From a virus (taxonomy: Duplodnaviria; Caudoviricetes): a stretch of DNA of 64,000 nt. Positions 20,165 to 29,075 of this stretch are shown here, in pieces. The stretch lies in IMG/VR virus record IMGVR_UViG_3300027759_000043. The stretch is one strand, 5' to 3'. The translations under genes and the position numbers were made by a program. The number at the start of each line of letters is the position of its first letter. Position 1 is the stretch's first letter. The notes below the pieces were generated by a model that made no database searches, was not told where the DNA came from, and saw only the letters and a list, made by a program, of their open reading frames with translations.

Positions 20165-21187
20165 ATGAGTGCAATTCGAGTTTTACGTGGTGTGTATCGT
20201 AACCAGCCTGTACAAGACATTTCTTTTACTCTTGTAAAAGGATTTCAAACTGGTGCTAAAGGTGGCTTTGTCACTGTAAAAAATGAGGGACAATTTCCCG
20301 GTTTCGCACCTACAATCCGTATCACTGTTGACAACCCTTCAGATATCGAGTATACTAACAGCATGACAAAAGACAACACCGTACATTTTGAAAAACAAGT
20401 TTTAGTAGCAGAAACGGACGAGGATGCAATGACACGTATCCGTGAACGTTTTGACATCTTAACAGAAATGACCAAAGCAGCCACAGCCGGTGACATCCGT
20501 GCTATGATTGTTAGCGGACCTCCAGGCGTGGGCAAGAGTTACGGCGTAGAGCAAGAGATTGAAAAGGCTTGCTTGTTTGACAAAATTTCTGGCAAACGTC
20601 TACGTGCCGAAGTTGTAAAAGGTAGTGCCACCCCAATTGGCCTGTTCCAAACACTTTACAAATACTCAGACGCAAATTGTGTGTTAGTATTTGACGACTG
20701 TGATAGTATTTTGCTAGACGACGTTGCTCTTAACTTGCTGAAAGGTGCATTAGATTCGGGCAAGAAACGTACCATTAGTTGGTTGTCAGAGTCTAGTGCT
20801 TTGCGTCGTGAAGGCATTCCAGATCGTTTCGAATTCAAAGGTTCAGTAATCTTTATTACCAATCTTAAATTTGATCAAATGAAATCGCAAAAATTGCGTG
20901 ATCACTTGGACGCATTGCAATCACGCTGTCACTACCTGGACTTGACCTTGGACACCATGCGTGACAAATTGTTGCGTATCAAACAGATTGCCAAAGACGG
21001 CGTACTATTCCAAGATTACGATTTTGATGAGGCTGTGCAAGACGATATTATTGACTTCATGCACACCAACAAGGACCGTTTGCGTGAAGTATCTTTGCGC
21101 ATGGCGCTCAAGATTGCAGACTTGCGCAAGATGTCAGTGTTAAACTGGAAACGTTTGGCAGAAACAACTTGTATGAAGAGTGCCTAA
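20165..21187 (+). CDS. AAA+-type P-loop ATPase with N-terminal extension
   Basis: Walker A GPPGVGKS, Walker B VFDDCD, IFITN, SRC; SD AAGGAG. Confidence 0.8.
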   Translation: MSAIRVLRGVYRNQPVQDISFTLVKGFQTGAKGGFVTVKNEGQFPGFAPTIRITVDNPSDIEYTNSMTKDNTVHFEKQVLVAETDEDAMTRIRERFDILTEMTKAATAGDIRAMIVSGPPGVGKSYGVEQEIEKACLFDKISGKRLRAEVVKGSATPIGLFQTLYKYSDANCVLVFDDCDSILLDDVALNLLKGALDSGKKRTISWLSESSALRREGIPDRFEFKGSVIFITNLKFDQMKSQKLRDHLDALQSRCHYLDLTLDTMRDKLLRIKQIAKDGVLFQDYDFDEAVQDDIIDFMHTNKDRLREVSLRMALKIADLRKMSVLNWKRLAETTCMKSA

Positions 21188-21188
21188 T

Positions 21189-21281
21189 ATGGCTTGGATA
21201 GGTGTCTTAATGTTACTAATGTTAGGACACCTTTGGTGGGCATTGTTCCTTTCATGTATAATTTTATTTTTTGGAGATTGA
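21189..21281 (+). CDS. 30-aa hydrophobic microprotein (not in ORF track)
   Basis: MAWIGVLMLLMLGHLWWALFLSCIILFFGD fills the gap exactly between two genes. Confidence 0.5.
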   Translation: MAWIGVLMLLMLGHLWWALFLSCIILFFGD

Positions 21282-21282
21282 A

Positions 21283-21456
21283 ATGGCAGGAAAAGCAAAA
21301 TCGATTTATCTAACAATCACACTCAAAGGTGAGTACAAGGCAGTTTTTCGCAAGACGTTTTTTGATGCCAAAGCATACAATGAATACGTGAAATCGGAAG
21401 AGTTTAAAACCAAGTGGCCAGCAGAGCAATATGATTTGGTAAAGGAAACATACTGA
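21283..21456 (+). CDS. Small hypothetical protein
   Basis: SD GGAG before ATG 21283. Confidence 0.7.
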   Translation: MAGKAKSIYLTITLKGEYKAVFRKTFFDAKAYNEYVKSEEFKTKWPAEQYDLVKETY

Positions 21457-21563
21457 TGTACGAAGTTTATGAAGGTGACTTTTTGTTGTTCACAACTGAC
21501 GATATAGAAGAAGTGGAATACTATCAAATTGAAGGATACATTGTGCGAGAGATCAGCACTTAA
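21456..21563 (+). CDS. 35-aa acidic microprotein (not in ORF track)
   Basis: TGATG coupling; MYEVYEGDFLLFTTDDIEEVEYYQIEGYIVREIST. Confidence 0.55.
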   Translation: MYEVYEGDFLLFTTDDIEEVEYYQIEGYIVREIST

Positions 21564-21610
21564 GATTGACCCTTTCCCCGGGCATTGGTTGGCTCCGGCC
21601 CGGGTTTTGC

Positions 21611-21647
21611 AACAGGTACCCTTTAAAAGGTACCTGTTTTTTTTTTT
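21611..21647 (+). terminator. Strong intrinsic terminator
   Basis: AACAGGTACC-loop-GGTACCTGTT running into a long T tract. Confidence 0.9.
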
Positions 21648-21661
21648 GACGTAAATACTTT

Positions 21662-22465
21662 ATGCAAATAGTCTTTTCTAATGGTGAAACTGTAGATTTA
21701 CTAATGAACCAAACACCAGTGGCTTCTGTCTATCAAAAAATATATAAACATCTGCAAAATGTTACTATTCCTTTTCGAGACTGGGACAGCCCTTTTTATT
21801 TTTATAATCACTCCTTGCAACAAATGGTTGGCAAGTTGGCTATGTATGCAGAAAAAGTAAATGTATCAATTGATCAACAGCGTTGCTTGGCACAAGATCA
21901 ACATTATTTGAATTCTATACACGAAATTTATGAGAAAAACTACAATGGAGATCCTGCATGGTTAGACTTTCACGAACACATTCACCTATGTGAACAAGAG
22001 TATACATATAAATTAAAAATTTTTAGGATTGATTATAGAGAAAAATCTGGCCTGTTAGAAAAACCATTTGATTACGAATGGCTAGAAAACGCAACGACAA
22101 AAATCAAAGCCGGCGATGTGTTCATATCATGGAACGAATTAGGAAAAACGCCATACACCTATTGGTACCATAACGAACCTAATGACATAACTCGTATGCG
22201 CGAGTTAATTAAACCCTGGGTAAGATTAATACCTAAAATTTTCATTGCATTGGAAGATAAAGACCTAGAAAAAGATTGCACAAAACTTTTAGAATTTGAG
22301 TCCTGGTGGGCGCAATACAGTGAAAAACTTTGCCAATATTGGAATATTCCATCATGGACTTCAAATGATATGTTTAAATGTTTGATTTTGGGTAAAGTAG
22401 TGGACATTGGTACATTTATCACACTATTAAAAAACAACGTCACACCAATTAGAGTTATATTATAG
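21662..22465 (+). CDS. AT-rich hypothetical protein
   Basis: 267-aa ORF starting 4 nt after TAAATA. Confidence 0.7.
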   Translation: MQIVFSNGETVDLLMNQTPVASVYQKIYKHLQNVTIPFRDWDSPFYFYNHSLQQMVGKLAMYAEKVNVSIDQQRCLAQDQHYLNSIHEIYEKNYNGDPAWLDFHEHIHLCEQEYTYKLKIFRIDYREKSGLLEKPFDYEWLENATTKIKAGDVFISWNELGKTPYTYWYHNEPNDITRMRELIKPWVRLIPKIFIALEDKDLEKDCTKLLEFESWWAQYSEKLCQYWNIPSWTSNDMFKCLILGKVVDIGTFITLLKNNVTPIRVIL

Positions 22466-22466
22466 G

Positions 22467-22495
22467 TTGCATTTTCCAACGCAATCAATTAAAAT
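22467..22495 (+). promoter_or_regulatory. sigma70-type promoter of uvsW (leaderless spacing)
   Basis: TTGCAT-N17-TAAAAT, 7 nt before ATG 22503. Confidence 0.55.
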
Positions 22496-22502
22496 ACACA
22501 CA

Positions 22503-23972
22503 ATGAAAAGATGTACAATACAGATTAAGGACGAAGTCAACATCCGACTAGAGGGACTAGATTTAGATGTGCGTCGATCCTTGGTCACGGCTTTTAAATA
22601 TGATGTACCTTATGCTAGATATCTTCCAGCAGTTCGTTTAGGACGTTGGGACGGCAAGATCAGTTACTTCCAATTAGGCGGTAGTACTTACACAAACTTG
22701 CTACCCGAGATTATTCCCATATTAGAAAAGTTTGATTACGATATTGAACTGGATGATCAAAGAGATTACTCGACTACCTTTGCATTTGAACAAGTGCGTG
22801 AGGATTCATTTGCACATGTGAAGTGGCCCAAGGGACATCCTGCCGCAGGTGAGTCCATTATGATGCGAGACTATCAAGTTGATATTGTGAACAACTTCCT
22901 GGCCAATCCACAATGCTTGCAAGAAGTGGCCACAGGTGCAGGCAAAACTATCATGACAGCGGCGTTGTCAAATGCAGTGGCACCATATGGACGCTCAATC
23001 GTTATTGTGCCCAACAAGAGTTTGGTGACACAAACAGAAAAAGACTACATCAACATGGAGCAAGATGTGGGTGTGTTCTTTGGAGATAGAAAAGAGTATG
23101 GACGCACACATACCATTTGCACTTGGCAAAGTTTGAATGTGCTGTTAAAGAACACCAAGTCGGGTGTGGGTGACTGCACTATTGGTGAATTCTTGGAAGG
23201 TGTGGTGTGCGTTATTGTAGACGAAGTACACATGGCCAAAGCAGATGCACTCAAAACCTTGCTAACAGGCGTGATGGCTAGAGTGCCGATTCGATGGGGT
23301 TTGACTGGAACCATACCCAAGGAGAAGTTTGAGAGTCAGGCGTTGCTGGTGGGACTGGGTCCTGTTATTGGACGCTTGAGCGCCAACGAACTGCAACAGC
23401 AAGGGGTATTGGCCAACTGTCATGTGAACATTGTGCAGTTGGTTGATCACGTGGAGTATAAAGAGTATCAATCGGAACTTAAATACTTGCTTGAAGAGTC
23501 AGGCCGATTGGACACCATGGCTGAACTGATCCGTAAGGTAAATGAAACAGGTAACACACTGGTGCTTGTGGATCGAGTGGCCGCAGGACATGCTCTAGTA
23601 GAACGGCTGGGTGATCGTGCTGTTTTTGTAAGCGGTGCGACCAAAGCAAAAGATAGACAAGATGAATATGATGAAGTTGCAGACAGCGTTGATAAGATTA
23701 TTGTGGCTACCTATGGTGTTGCCGCTGTGGGTATTAATATCCCTAGGATTTTTAATTTGGTTCTTATTGAACCCGGCAAAAGTTTTGTCCGTGTTATTCA
23801 AAGTATTGGACGAGGCATAAGAAAAGCCGAAGACAAAGATCATGTGCAAATTTGGGACATTACTAGTACCTGCAAGTTTGCCAAAAGACACCTAACCAAA
23901 CGCAAACAGTTTTATAAAGAAGCCAACTATCCATTCAGTTCAGAAAAACTAGAGTGGATGAAAATCGCTTGA
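22503..23972 (+). CDS. uvsW: UvsW-like SF2 DNA helicase
   Basis: RDYQ, ATGAGKT, DEVH, GLTGT, ATYGVAAVGINIP, QSIGRGIR. Confidence 0.92.
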   Translation: MKRCTIQIKDEVNIRLEGLDLDVRRSLVTAFKYDVPYARYLPAVRLGRWDGKISYFQLGGSTYTNLLPEIIPILEKFDYDIELDDQRDYSTTFAFEQVREDSFAHVKWPKGHPAAGESIMMRDYQVDIVNNFLANPQCLQEVATGAGKTIMTAALSNAVAPYGRSIVIVPNKSLVTQTEKDYINMEQDVGVFFGDRKEYGRTHTICTWQSLNVLLKNTKSGVGDCTIGEFLEGVVCVIVDEVHMAKADALKTLLTGVMARVPIRWGLTGTIPKEKFESQALLVGLGPVIGRLSANELQQQGVLANCHVNIVQLVDHVEYKEYQSELKYLLEESGRLDTMAELIRKVNETGNTLVLVDRVAAGHALVERLGDRAVFVSGATKAKDRQDEYDEVADSVDKIIVATYGVAAVGINIPRIFNLVLIEPGKSFVRVIQSIGRGIRKAEDKDHVQIWDITSTCKFAKRHLTKRKQFYKEANYPFSSEKLEWMKIA

Positions 23973-23997
23973 CTTTTCAATATAAATCCTGTATTAT
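23969..23997 (+). promoter_or_regulatory. sigma70-type promoter (leaderless spacing)
   Basis: TTGACT-N17-TATTAT, 6 nt before ATG 24004; the -35 overlaps the uvsW stop. Confidence 0.65.
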
Positions 23998-24003
23998 TAA
24001 AAC

Positions 24004-24504
24004 ATGCGCATATTAACACTCGACAACGCTCCTTACGATCTTGATCATTTGCCTGAACAGGTAGAAGACATGAGATTTGCAATACTAGACAATTCTGATC
24101 CTGCCAATCCAGACTATCATTATATTCCATTAATTTTTCTAGAAAGTTTTAATGCACCTGCTCTAGTGCTACAGATAGGCACCAACAGAATCCGAATGCC
24201 CGTGGACTGGCAAATCCTTATTGGTGAACCTGACGTGGGCGACTTGGAAATACTGCCACTAACATCAATCAATGATCGTGGCTTTAGCGCATTTCAATTC
24301 AACCCACTTTCAAGTTTCCGTCCCTCCTTTCCTAACGTAGAGATTGTGGATGTGTATCAAGAAGTAGCATGGTACGCACCCAAACTCAAGAACGGACAGA
24401 TGTTGTGTGTACCCATAGACGACAGTTCAACTCCGGACTGTGTGTACTTTGTAAAAGACGTTAGCCGCAACTGCGAGATTGTGGACTACAATAAAGCGTG
24501 GTAG
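24004..24504 (+). CDS. Hypothetical protein (beta-rich)
   Basis: 166-aa ORF following uvsW. Confidence 0.75.
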   Translation: MRILTLDNAPYDLDHLPEQVEDMRFAILDNSDPANPDYHYIPLIFLESFNAPALVLQIGTNRIRMPVDWQILIGEPDVGDLEILPLTSINDRGFSAFQFNPLSSFRPSFPNVEIVDVYQEVAWYAPKLKNGQMLCVPIDDSSTPDCVYFVKDVSRNCEIVDYNKAW

Positions 24505-24507
24505 GCA

Positions 24508-24819
24508 ATGGGAACACTCAAACCAGGTGCCACTTACATTTACGAACGTGCCGATGGCGTAGTATATGCCAGAGAGTTTGGCGCTGATCCTAGTACCCGA
24601 AAAGTAGTAGGATACGAAAACGGTCGTGAGTATGATCCCATAAACGGACACCGTATTGACTATGACTCAAGAACCAGCGACAGAAGACCCTTGCGTGATC
24701 ATATGTTGGAAGACCAACTTTGGGGTGAGATCCGCCGAGAGGCACGGACCAATCCTACTTTACAAGATGCGCTGGAACGTGCTATAATGATCTATCAACT
24801 GAGCAAAGAACATGAGTGA
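24508..24819 (+). CDS. Hypothetical protein
   Basis: 103-aa ORF in operon. Confidence 0.7.
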   Translation: MGTLKPGATYIYERADGVVYAREFGADPSTRKVVGYENGREYDPINGHRIDYDSRTSDRRPLRDHMLEDQLWGEIRREARTNPTLQDALERAIMIYQLSKEHE

Positions 24820-25258
24820 TAAACTGAACATTGCCAACGAAATGCGTATGTTTGATCGCAAGGTCAGAACATTCTATGACGATTTAACTCCAGAAGAAAA
24901 GAAAAAGTTTTCAAACTATCTCATGATACGCTGGGGCTCCGCAGTAGAAGGATCACGTGACCTGCAAGAGTTCTATGTTATTGCTACAAATGAGAGATTG
25001 AACAAGCACTTTTTTAACGTGGGCCGGCACCCTCGACTGCAATGGCTCATGGCCACAACGGTAAGTCCCAATTTGGGTACGCCAAGACATCCGTGGATCG
25101 CACCCCGCAAGAAAGAAGCAGGACTATCGGCCAAACGCAAAGCACTTGTGGCCATGTACCCCGATTACAAAGATGATGAAATAGATGTCATGTGTGCGAT
25201 AACAACTCAAAAAGAAATTGATGCATACAATCGAGCCGCGGGCAACGACAAAAAATGA
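24812..25258 (+). CDS. gp62: Clamp-loader small subunit (gp62-like)
   Basis: Helical, F.NYLMIRW.S, NKHFF...HP.LQW; size and replication context. Confidence 0.5.
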   Translation: MSDKLNIANEMRMFDRKVRTFYDDLTPEEKKKFSNYLMIRWGSAVEGSRDLQEFYVIATNERLNKHFFNVGRHPRLQWLMATTVSPNLGTPRHPWIAPRKKEAGLSAKRKALVAMYPDYKDDEIDVMCAITTQKEIDAYNRAAGNDKK

Positions 25259-25983
25259 CACCTAATAGACTGGTTGTAAATGGTTGTAGTTATATGGCGT
25301 ACTATGACCGCGGCGGCGGTACACAAGATCTTGCCTCATGTCTAGGAATACCAACGTCAGAAAATCTTTCGATGAATTCAGCATGTAATAGTAGAATTAT
25401 AAGAACCACACTAAGAGACAGTTACAAAACATTAGTTCCTACACTTTATATAATCGGTATTACTTTTTTGACTAGGTACGAGTTGCCAACACGTTTAGAA
25501 AGAGACAATGAGGATGGTAAATGGAGGTCGTTAAATTCTGGTTTATCTTCTTCCACAACGTCAAGTTTTGAACCTGAATTTGATAAGCATTTTACAGTTC
25601 AAGACTTGATAGAGTATTCTGCTCTTTGGGATAAATTTACCACGCTGGGAATAGAGGATCTTGCGGTGAACTTGCAATATCAGTTGTTGAGCCTACGTGA
25701 TAGTCTGCACTATCGAGGACACAGATGTGTGATATTTAATACTGCTGAACATGTGTTGGATTGGGTAATTGACAACAAATCATTTGATTTATTAAAATCA
25801 AACAAACAATTTGTTCAGAGACTTAAATGGAAAAGTATACCTTGGCAATTTGAACAAGGCGCAGACTTTTATCCAGGTGACGAAAAACATCCAGCAGATT
25901 CTAGACATGTTGCATTAGGACAACATCAATGGTTGAATAAATTTTTAGTTGACTATATCAATCAAAACGGTATTTTAGAATGA
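25255..25983 (+). CDS. SGNH/GDSL-like protein
   Basis: NGCSY (block I-like), N.RIIRTT; AT-rich insert overlapping both neighbours. Confidence 0.45.
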   Translation: MTPNRLVVNGCSYMAYYDRGGGTQDLASCLGIPTSENLSMNSACNSRIIRTTLRDSYKTLVPTLYIIGITFLTRYELPTRLERDNEDGKWRSLNSGLSSSTTSSFEPEFDKHFTVQDLIEYSALWDKFTTLGIEDLAVNLQYQLLSLRDSLHYRGHRCVIFNTAEHVLDWVIDNKSFDLLKSNKQFVQRLKWKSIPWQFEQGADFYPGDEKHPADSRHVALGQHQWLNKFLVDYINQNGILE

Positions 25984-26654
25984 CATTCACGTGTGAGTAT
26001 TGTAAGAAAACATTTGCTAGAGAAACAAGCATAGCAGTTCACATGTGTGAGCCCAAGCGCAGACGTCTTAGCAAGGATGAAGCAGGTGTGCGCCTGGGAT
26101 TTCAGGCCTACATCAAGTTTTACGAAACCATGCAAGGCTCGGCAAAAAACAAAACACATGATGACTTTTGTGACTCGCCGTATTACAGAGCATTTGTCAA
26201 GTTTGGAAACTATTGTGTAAACACTCATGTGATTGCCCCGGCAAGATTCATGACATGGTTGTTAAAAGCACAAAAGAAAATTGATCACTGGTGCAGTGAC
26301 AAGATCTATACAGAATATCTCGTAGAATACCTACGTGTGGAAGCAGTGGACGATGCCTTGGCCCGTGCAATTGAACACAGCATGAGATGGGCAGAGGAAA
26401 CAGGCAATCCCGCACATGACTGGATGCGCTATGGCAATACCAATAGTCTATGTTATGCTGTCACAGCAGGACGCATTTCGCCCTGGGTGATCTACAATAG
26501 TGAATCAGGACAAAAGTTCTTGAGTGAACTCTCAACAGAACAAGTGGCCATGGTGTGGCCCTATATCGACTCAGATGCCTGGCAAAAAAAGTTTGCTAAC
26601 TATCCAGCAGATAAAGAGTATGCCAAAGAAATATTGAAACAAGCAGGATGGTAA
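25980..26654 (+). CDS. Replication-region protein with N-terminal C2H2-type Zn finger
   Basis: CEYCKKTFARETSIAVHMC. Confidence 0.65.
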   Translation: MTFTCEYCKKTFARETSIAVHMCEPKRRRLSKDEAGVRLGFQAYIKFYETMQGSAKNKTHDDFCDSPYYRAFVKFGNYCVNTHVIAPARFMTWLLKAQKKIDHWCSDKIYTEYLVEYLRVEAVDDALARAIEHSMRWAEETGNPAHDWMRYGNTNSLCYAVTAGRISPWVIYNSESGQKFLSELSTEQVAMVWPYIDSDAWQKKFANYPADKEYAKEILKQAGW

Positions 26655-26655
26655 C

Positions 26656-27012
26656 ATGATCAAAGCAATTCACACCAGTGGAAAGTACATACAAGTAATA
26701 GGCGGCAGTGCCAGCACCTATGTAAGTGCTCAACCCGGTTCACAGGGTGTTGGTAACTTACGATTCAACACCAGTGCTCAGCGTCTTGAAGTTTATGATG
26801 GTATGACTTGGTTGGAACTAAACATGCCACATACCAGTGTAGGACTCAATGGGGCGGCCGAGGAAGCCATTGATTGGGTACAACAACAAATGGCGGAAGA
26901 AAAAAGGCTTGCGGCGTTAGCAAAAGAACATCCTGCTGTGGCAGATGCACTTGAAGCAGTTGAGCAAGCACAGGAACGAGTACGTATTGTGGCCGCATTG
27001 GTGCAAGAATGA
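26656..27012 (+). CDS. Hypothetical protein
   Basis: LRFNT..RLEVYDG..W motif plus C-terminal coiled coil. Confidence 0.65.
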   Translation: MIKAIHTSGKYIQVIGGSASTYVSAQPGSQGVGNLRFNTSAQRLEVYDGMTWLELNMPHTSVGLNGAAEEAIDWVQQQMAEEKRLAALAKEHPAVADALEAVEQAQERVRIVAALVQE

Positions 27013-27569
27013 GCGCAGACATTGATTTAGATTTTGCTGACAGAGAATCAGTGCTGAAACTGATTCGGCATACTCCGGCACGGCAAAGCAATGGTAGGCG
27101 ACACAACTCGGGTGTGTACGTTACTGATATACCAAGAGATCCGTTTAATAACTGTGCGGCTTTGGATTATGAAACTGCTGAACAGCGTGGATACTTCAAA
27201 CTAGACTTCTTGAACATGAGTGTGTATCAGTTGGTTCGTGATCCCTCACACTATGAGGCAATGTTGACTGCAACACCACCTTGGGAACGACTGTGGACTG
27301 ATCGCGAGTGGGCCCGGCAGTTGGTACACGTGGGCAACTATACAGATTTACTAAAAGTAATGAAGCCAGATTCAATACCCAGGATGGCGGCTTTTATATC
27401 TATTATTCGTCCGGGCAAGGCGCATTTACAGACACGTTCATGGGCAGAAGTATTTGCTGGTGTATGGGATGGAGATGATTCACAAGGCTACACATTCAAG
27501 AAGAGTCATAGTATTTCTTATGCGGCTCTAGTGGCTTTGCATATGAATCTGCTTAATCAACCCGCCTAA
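27009..27569 (+). CDS. Miniature DnaE (C-family DNA polymerase III alpha) catalytic-core homolog
   Basis: ADIDLDF, HNSGVYV, GYFKLDFL, IIRPG and FKKSHSISY are colinear with DnaE PDxDxDF, HAxGVV, KxDFL, RPG and FNKSHAxAY. Confidence 0.8.
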   Translation: MSADIDLDFADRESVLKLIRHTPARQSNGRRHNSGVYVTDIPRDPFNNCAALDYETAEQRGYFKLDFLNMSVYQLVRDPSHYEAMLTATPPWERLWTDREWARQLVHVGNYTDLLKVMKPDSIPRMAAFISIIRPGKAHLQTRSWAEVFAGVWDGDDSQGYTFKKSHSISYAALVALHMNLLNQPA

Positions 27570-27939
27570 CGAGTGTAATACTCTTTCTTTTGCTCTTCTT
27601 GCGAGCAATGTCGTTTAAACTGCATATTGGGCCATGCAGAATCTCTAGATCTTTGTTGGCAAATGTTCGCAATGTAGGACGGAACGGATCCCATTCTCCA
27701 CGCAGGAATATATTGATGGGTATACTTCTATTGCTTTCCCACCACCAGGTGTTGGCTAAATCTATAAATCTGCGCTTGGCATCCTGGTCTGTAACAGCAC
27801 CAAAGTCGTAGATGGTGGTAATTGCATCATCACGATTTTGTACTATGCCCACATATTCGTTACTGGCATACATGCACAAGGTTATAAACGGATATTTGTC
27901 TGCTAATTTTTGAAATAAGTCACTGCCCATAAGTTTCAT
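27553..27939 (-). CDS. Hypothetical protein
   Basis: 128-aa ORF with TATAAATA 6 nt upstream. Confidence 0.75.
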   Translation of the reverse strand: MKLMGSDLFQKLADKYPFITLCMYASNEYVGIVQNRDDAITTIYDFGAVTDQDAKRRFIDLANTWWWESNRSIPINIFLRGEWDPFRPTLRTFANKDLEILHGPICSLNDIARKKSKRKSITLVRRVD

Positions 27940-27945
27940 TCGGTT

Positions 27946-27974
27946 TATTTATACACTAAACTTTTAGGTAAATA
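27946..27974. promoter_or_regulatory. Divergent pair of late promoters
   Basis: TATAAATA on the minus strand (27946-27953) and TAAATA on the plus strand (27969-27974). Confidence 0.65.
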
Positions 27975-27983
27975 TTTGGAACT

Positions 27984-29075
27984 ATGTACTCAACCACCGC
28001 CTACATTTATCAACAGATCCAGCGAATTTTATTAATAGACACTGAAGGAGTGGGTGAGGTATTTGTCCGGAGGTGGGAACCAGTGTACGCAAAAAAACTA
28101 ACAATCAACAAGGGCGTGGATAACGTGATCTTGTTTGAATTCATTAATCAAGATCAAAAGCCGGTAAACATTACCGGTAGCAATTTGATATTCAGACTAA
28201 TCAATTTGCAGGGCGATGTGCAATTGCTGGAAAAAGAAATGGTGATATTGAATGCACCATTTGGTCGTGCCAAAGTCACACTTTCGGCAGCAGATACCAC
28301 AGCACTACCTACAGAACCTGCCAGTTACTCAATAGACAGAGCAAGTGGCAATCTAACAGAAGCGGTGTTTGTGGATGCACAAGCACAGGCACGTGCTGAT
28401 GTGGATATTCAAGATAGTGTACTGCCGGAGTTTGTGCCAAGCCATACTGTGACAGTGCCTACCATATATGGTCCCGAAGTGTACATCAATCCTGTGTATG
28501 CTGGCAACTATCCTGACTGGGCTCTGAATCCACCTCCAGTGGGCAACGTACAACCCAACCCCGAACGTTACTCAAGTTTTATCCCCACAACAGGCGCCAG
28601 TTTAACCACATTCCAGTTGACCATGGACCACTACACTGGCAACATCAAAGCACAGGCAGCCGAGACTTATCAAAGTGAATGGTATGATGTCAGCAACATA
28701 TCTTCATACTATAACCGAACAGGTTCGGAATATATCAATGTACTGGGTTATCATCCATTACTGCGTCTTGCACTCAACAGTTATTCAGGCGCAGAAATTG
28801 TAGGGCCTGCCACAGCCAATGCTCAGGCTGCTAATGGAGTGATCACTGGCATCACGGTGACCAATTCAGGTAACGGTTATCTAGCACCTCCCAAAGTCAC
28901 CATCATTGGTCTGGGTGCAGGTGCAGTGGCTGAAGCAGAAATTACAGGTGGCCAAGTCAGCGCCATAAATGTTACTAACGGAGGCCAAGGCTATACTCCC
29001 TCACCAGCGCAGCCAACAGTGCCTGCCGCGGTTGTTATCACAACAGGGGCAGTTGTAGACATAATTTGTAGATGA
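27984..29075 (+). CDS. Virion structural protein (baseplate/tail-associated)
   Basis: Ig-like N-terminal region; C-terminal ITGITVTNSGNGY/VSAINVTNGGQGY repeats typical of myovirus baseplate/tail proteins. Confidence 0.6.
   Translation: MYSTTAYIYQQIQRILLIDTEGVGEVFVRRWEPVYAKKLTINKGVDNVILFEFINQDQKPVNITGSNLIFRLINLQGDVQLLEKEMVILNAPFGRAKVTLSAADTTALPTEPASYSIDRASGNLTEAVFVDAQAQARADVDIQDSVLPEFVPSHTVTVPTIYGPEVYINPVYAGNYPDWALNPPPVGNVQPNPERYSSFIPTTGASLTTFQLTMDHYTGNIKAQAAETYQSEWYDVSNISSYYNRTGSEYINVLGYHPLLRLALNSYSGAEIVGPATANAQAANGVITGITVTNSGNGYLAPPKVTIIGLGAGAVAEAEITGGQVSAINVTNGGQGYTPSPAQPTVPAAVVITTGAVVDIICR

Noticed and set aside
21566-21594. TTGACC at 21566 as an early promoter
   Set aside because: No -10 hexamer at 16-18 nt spacing.
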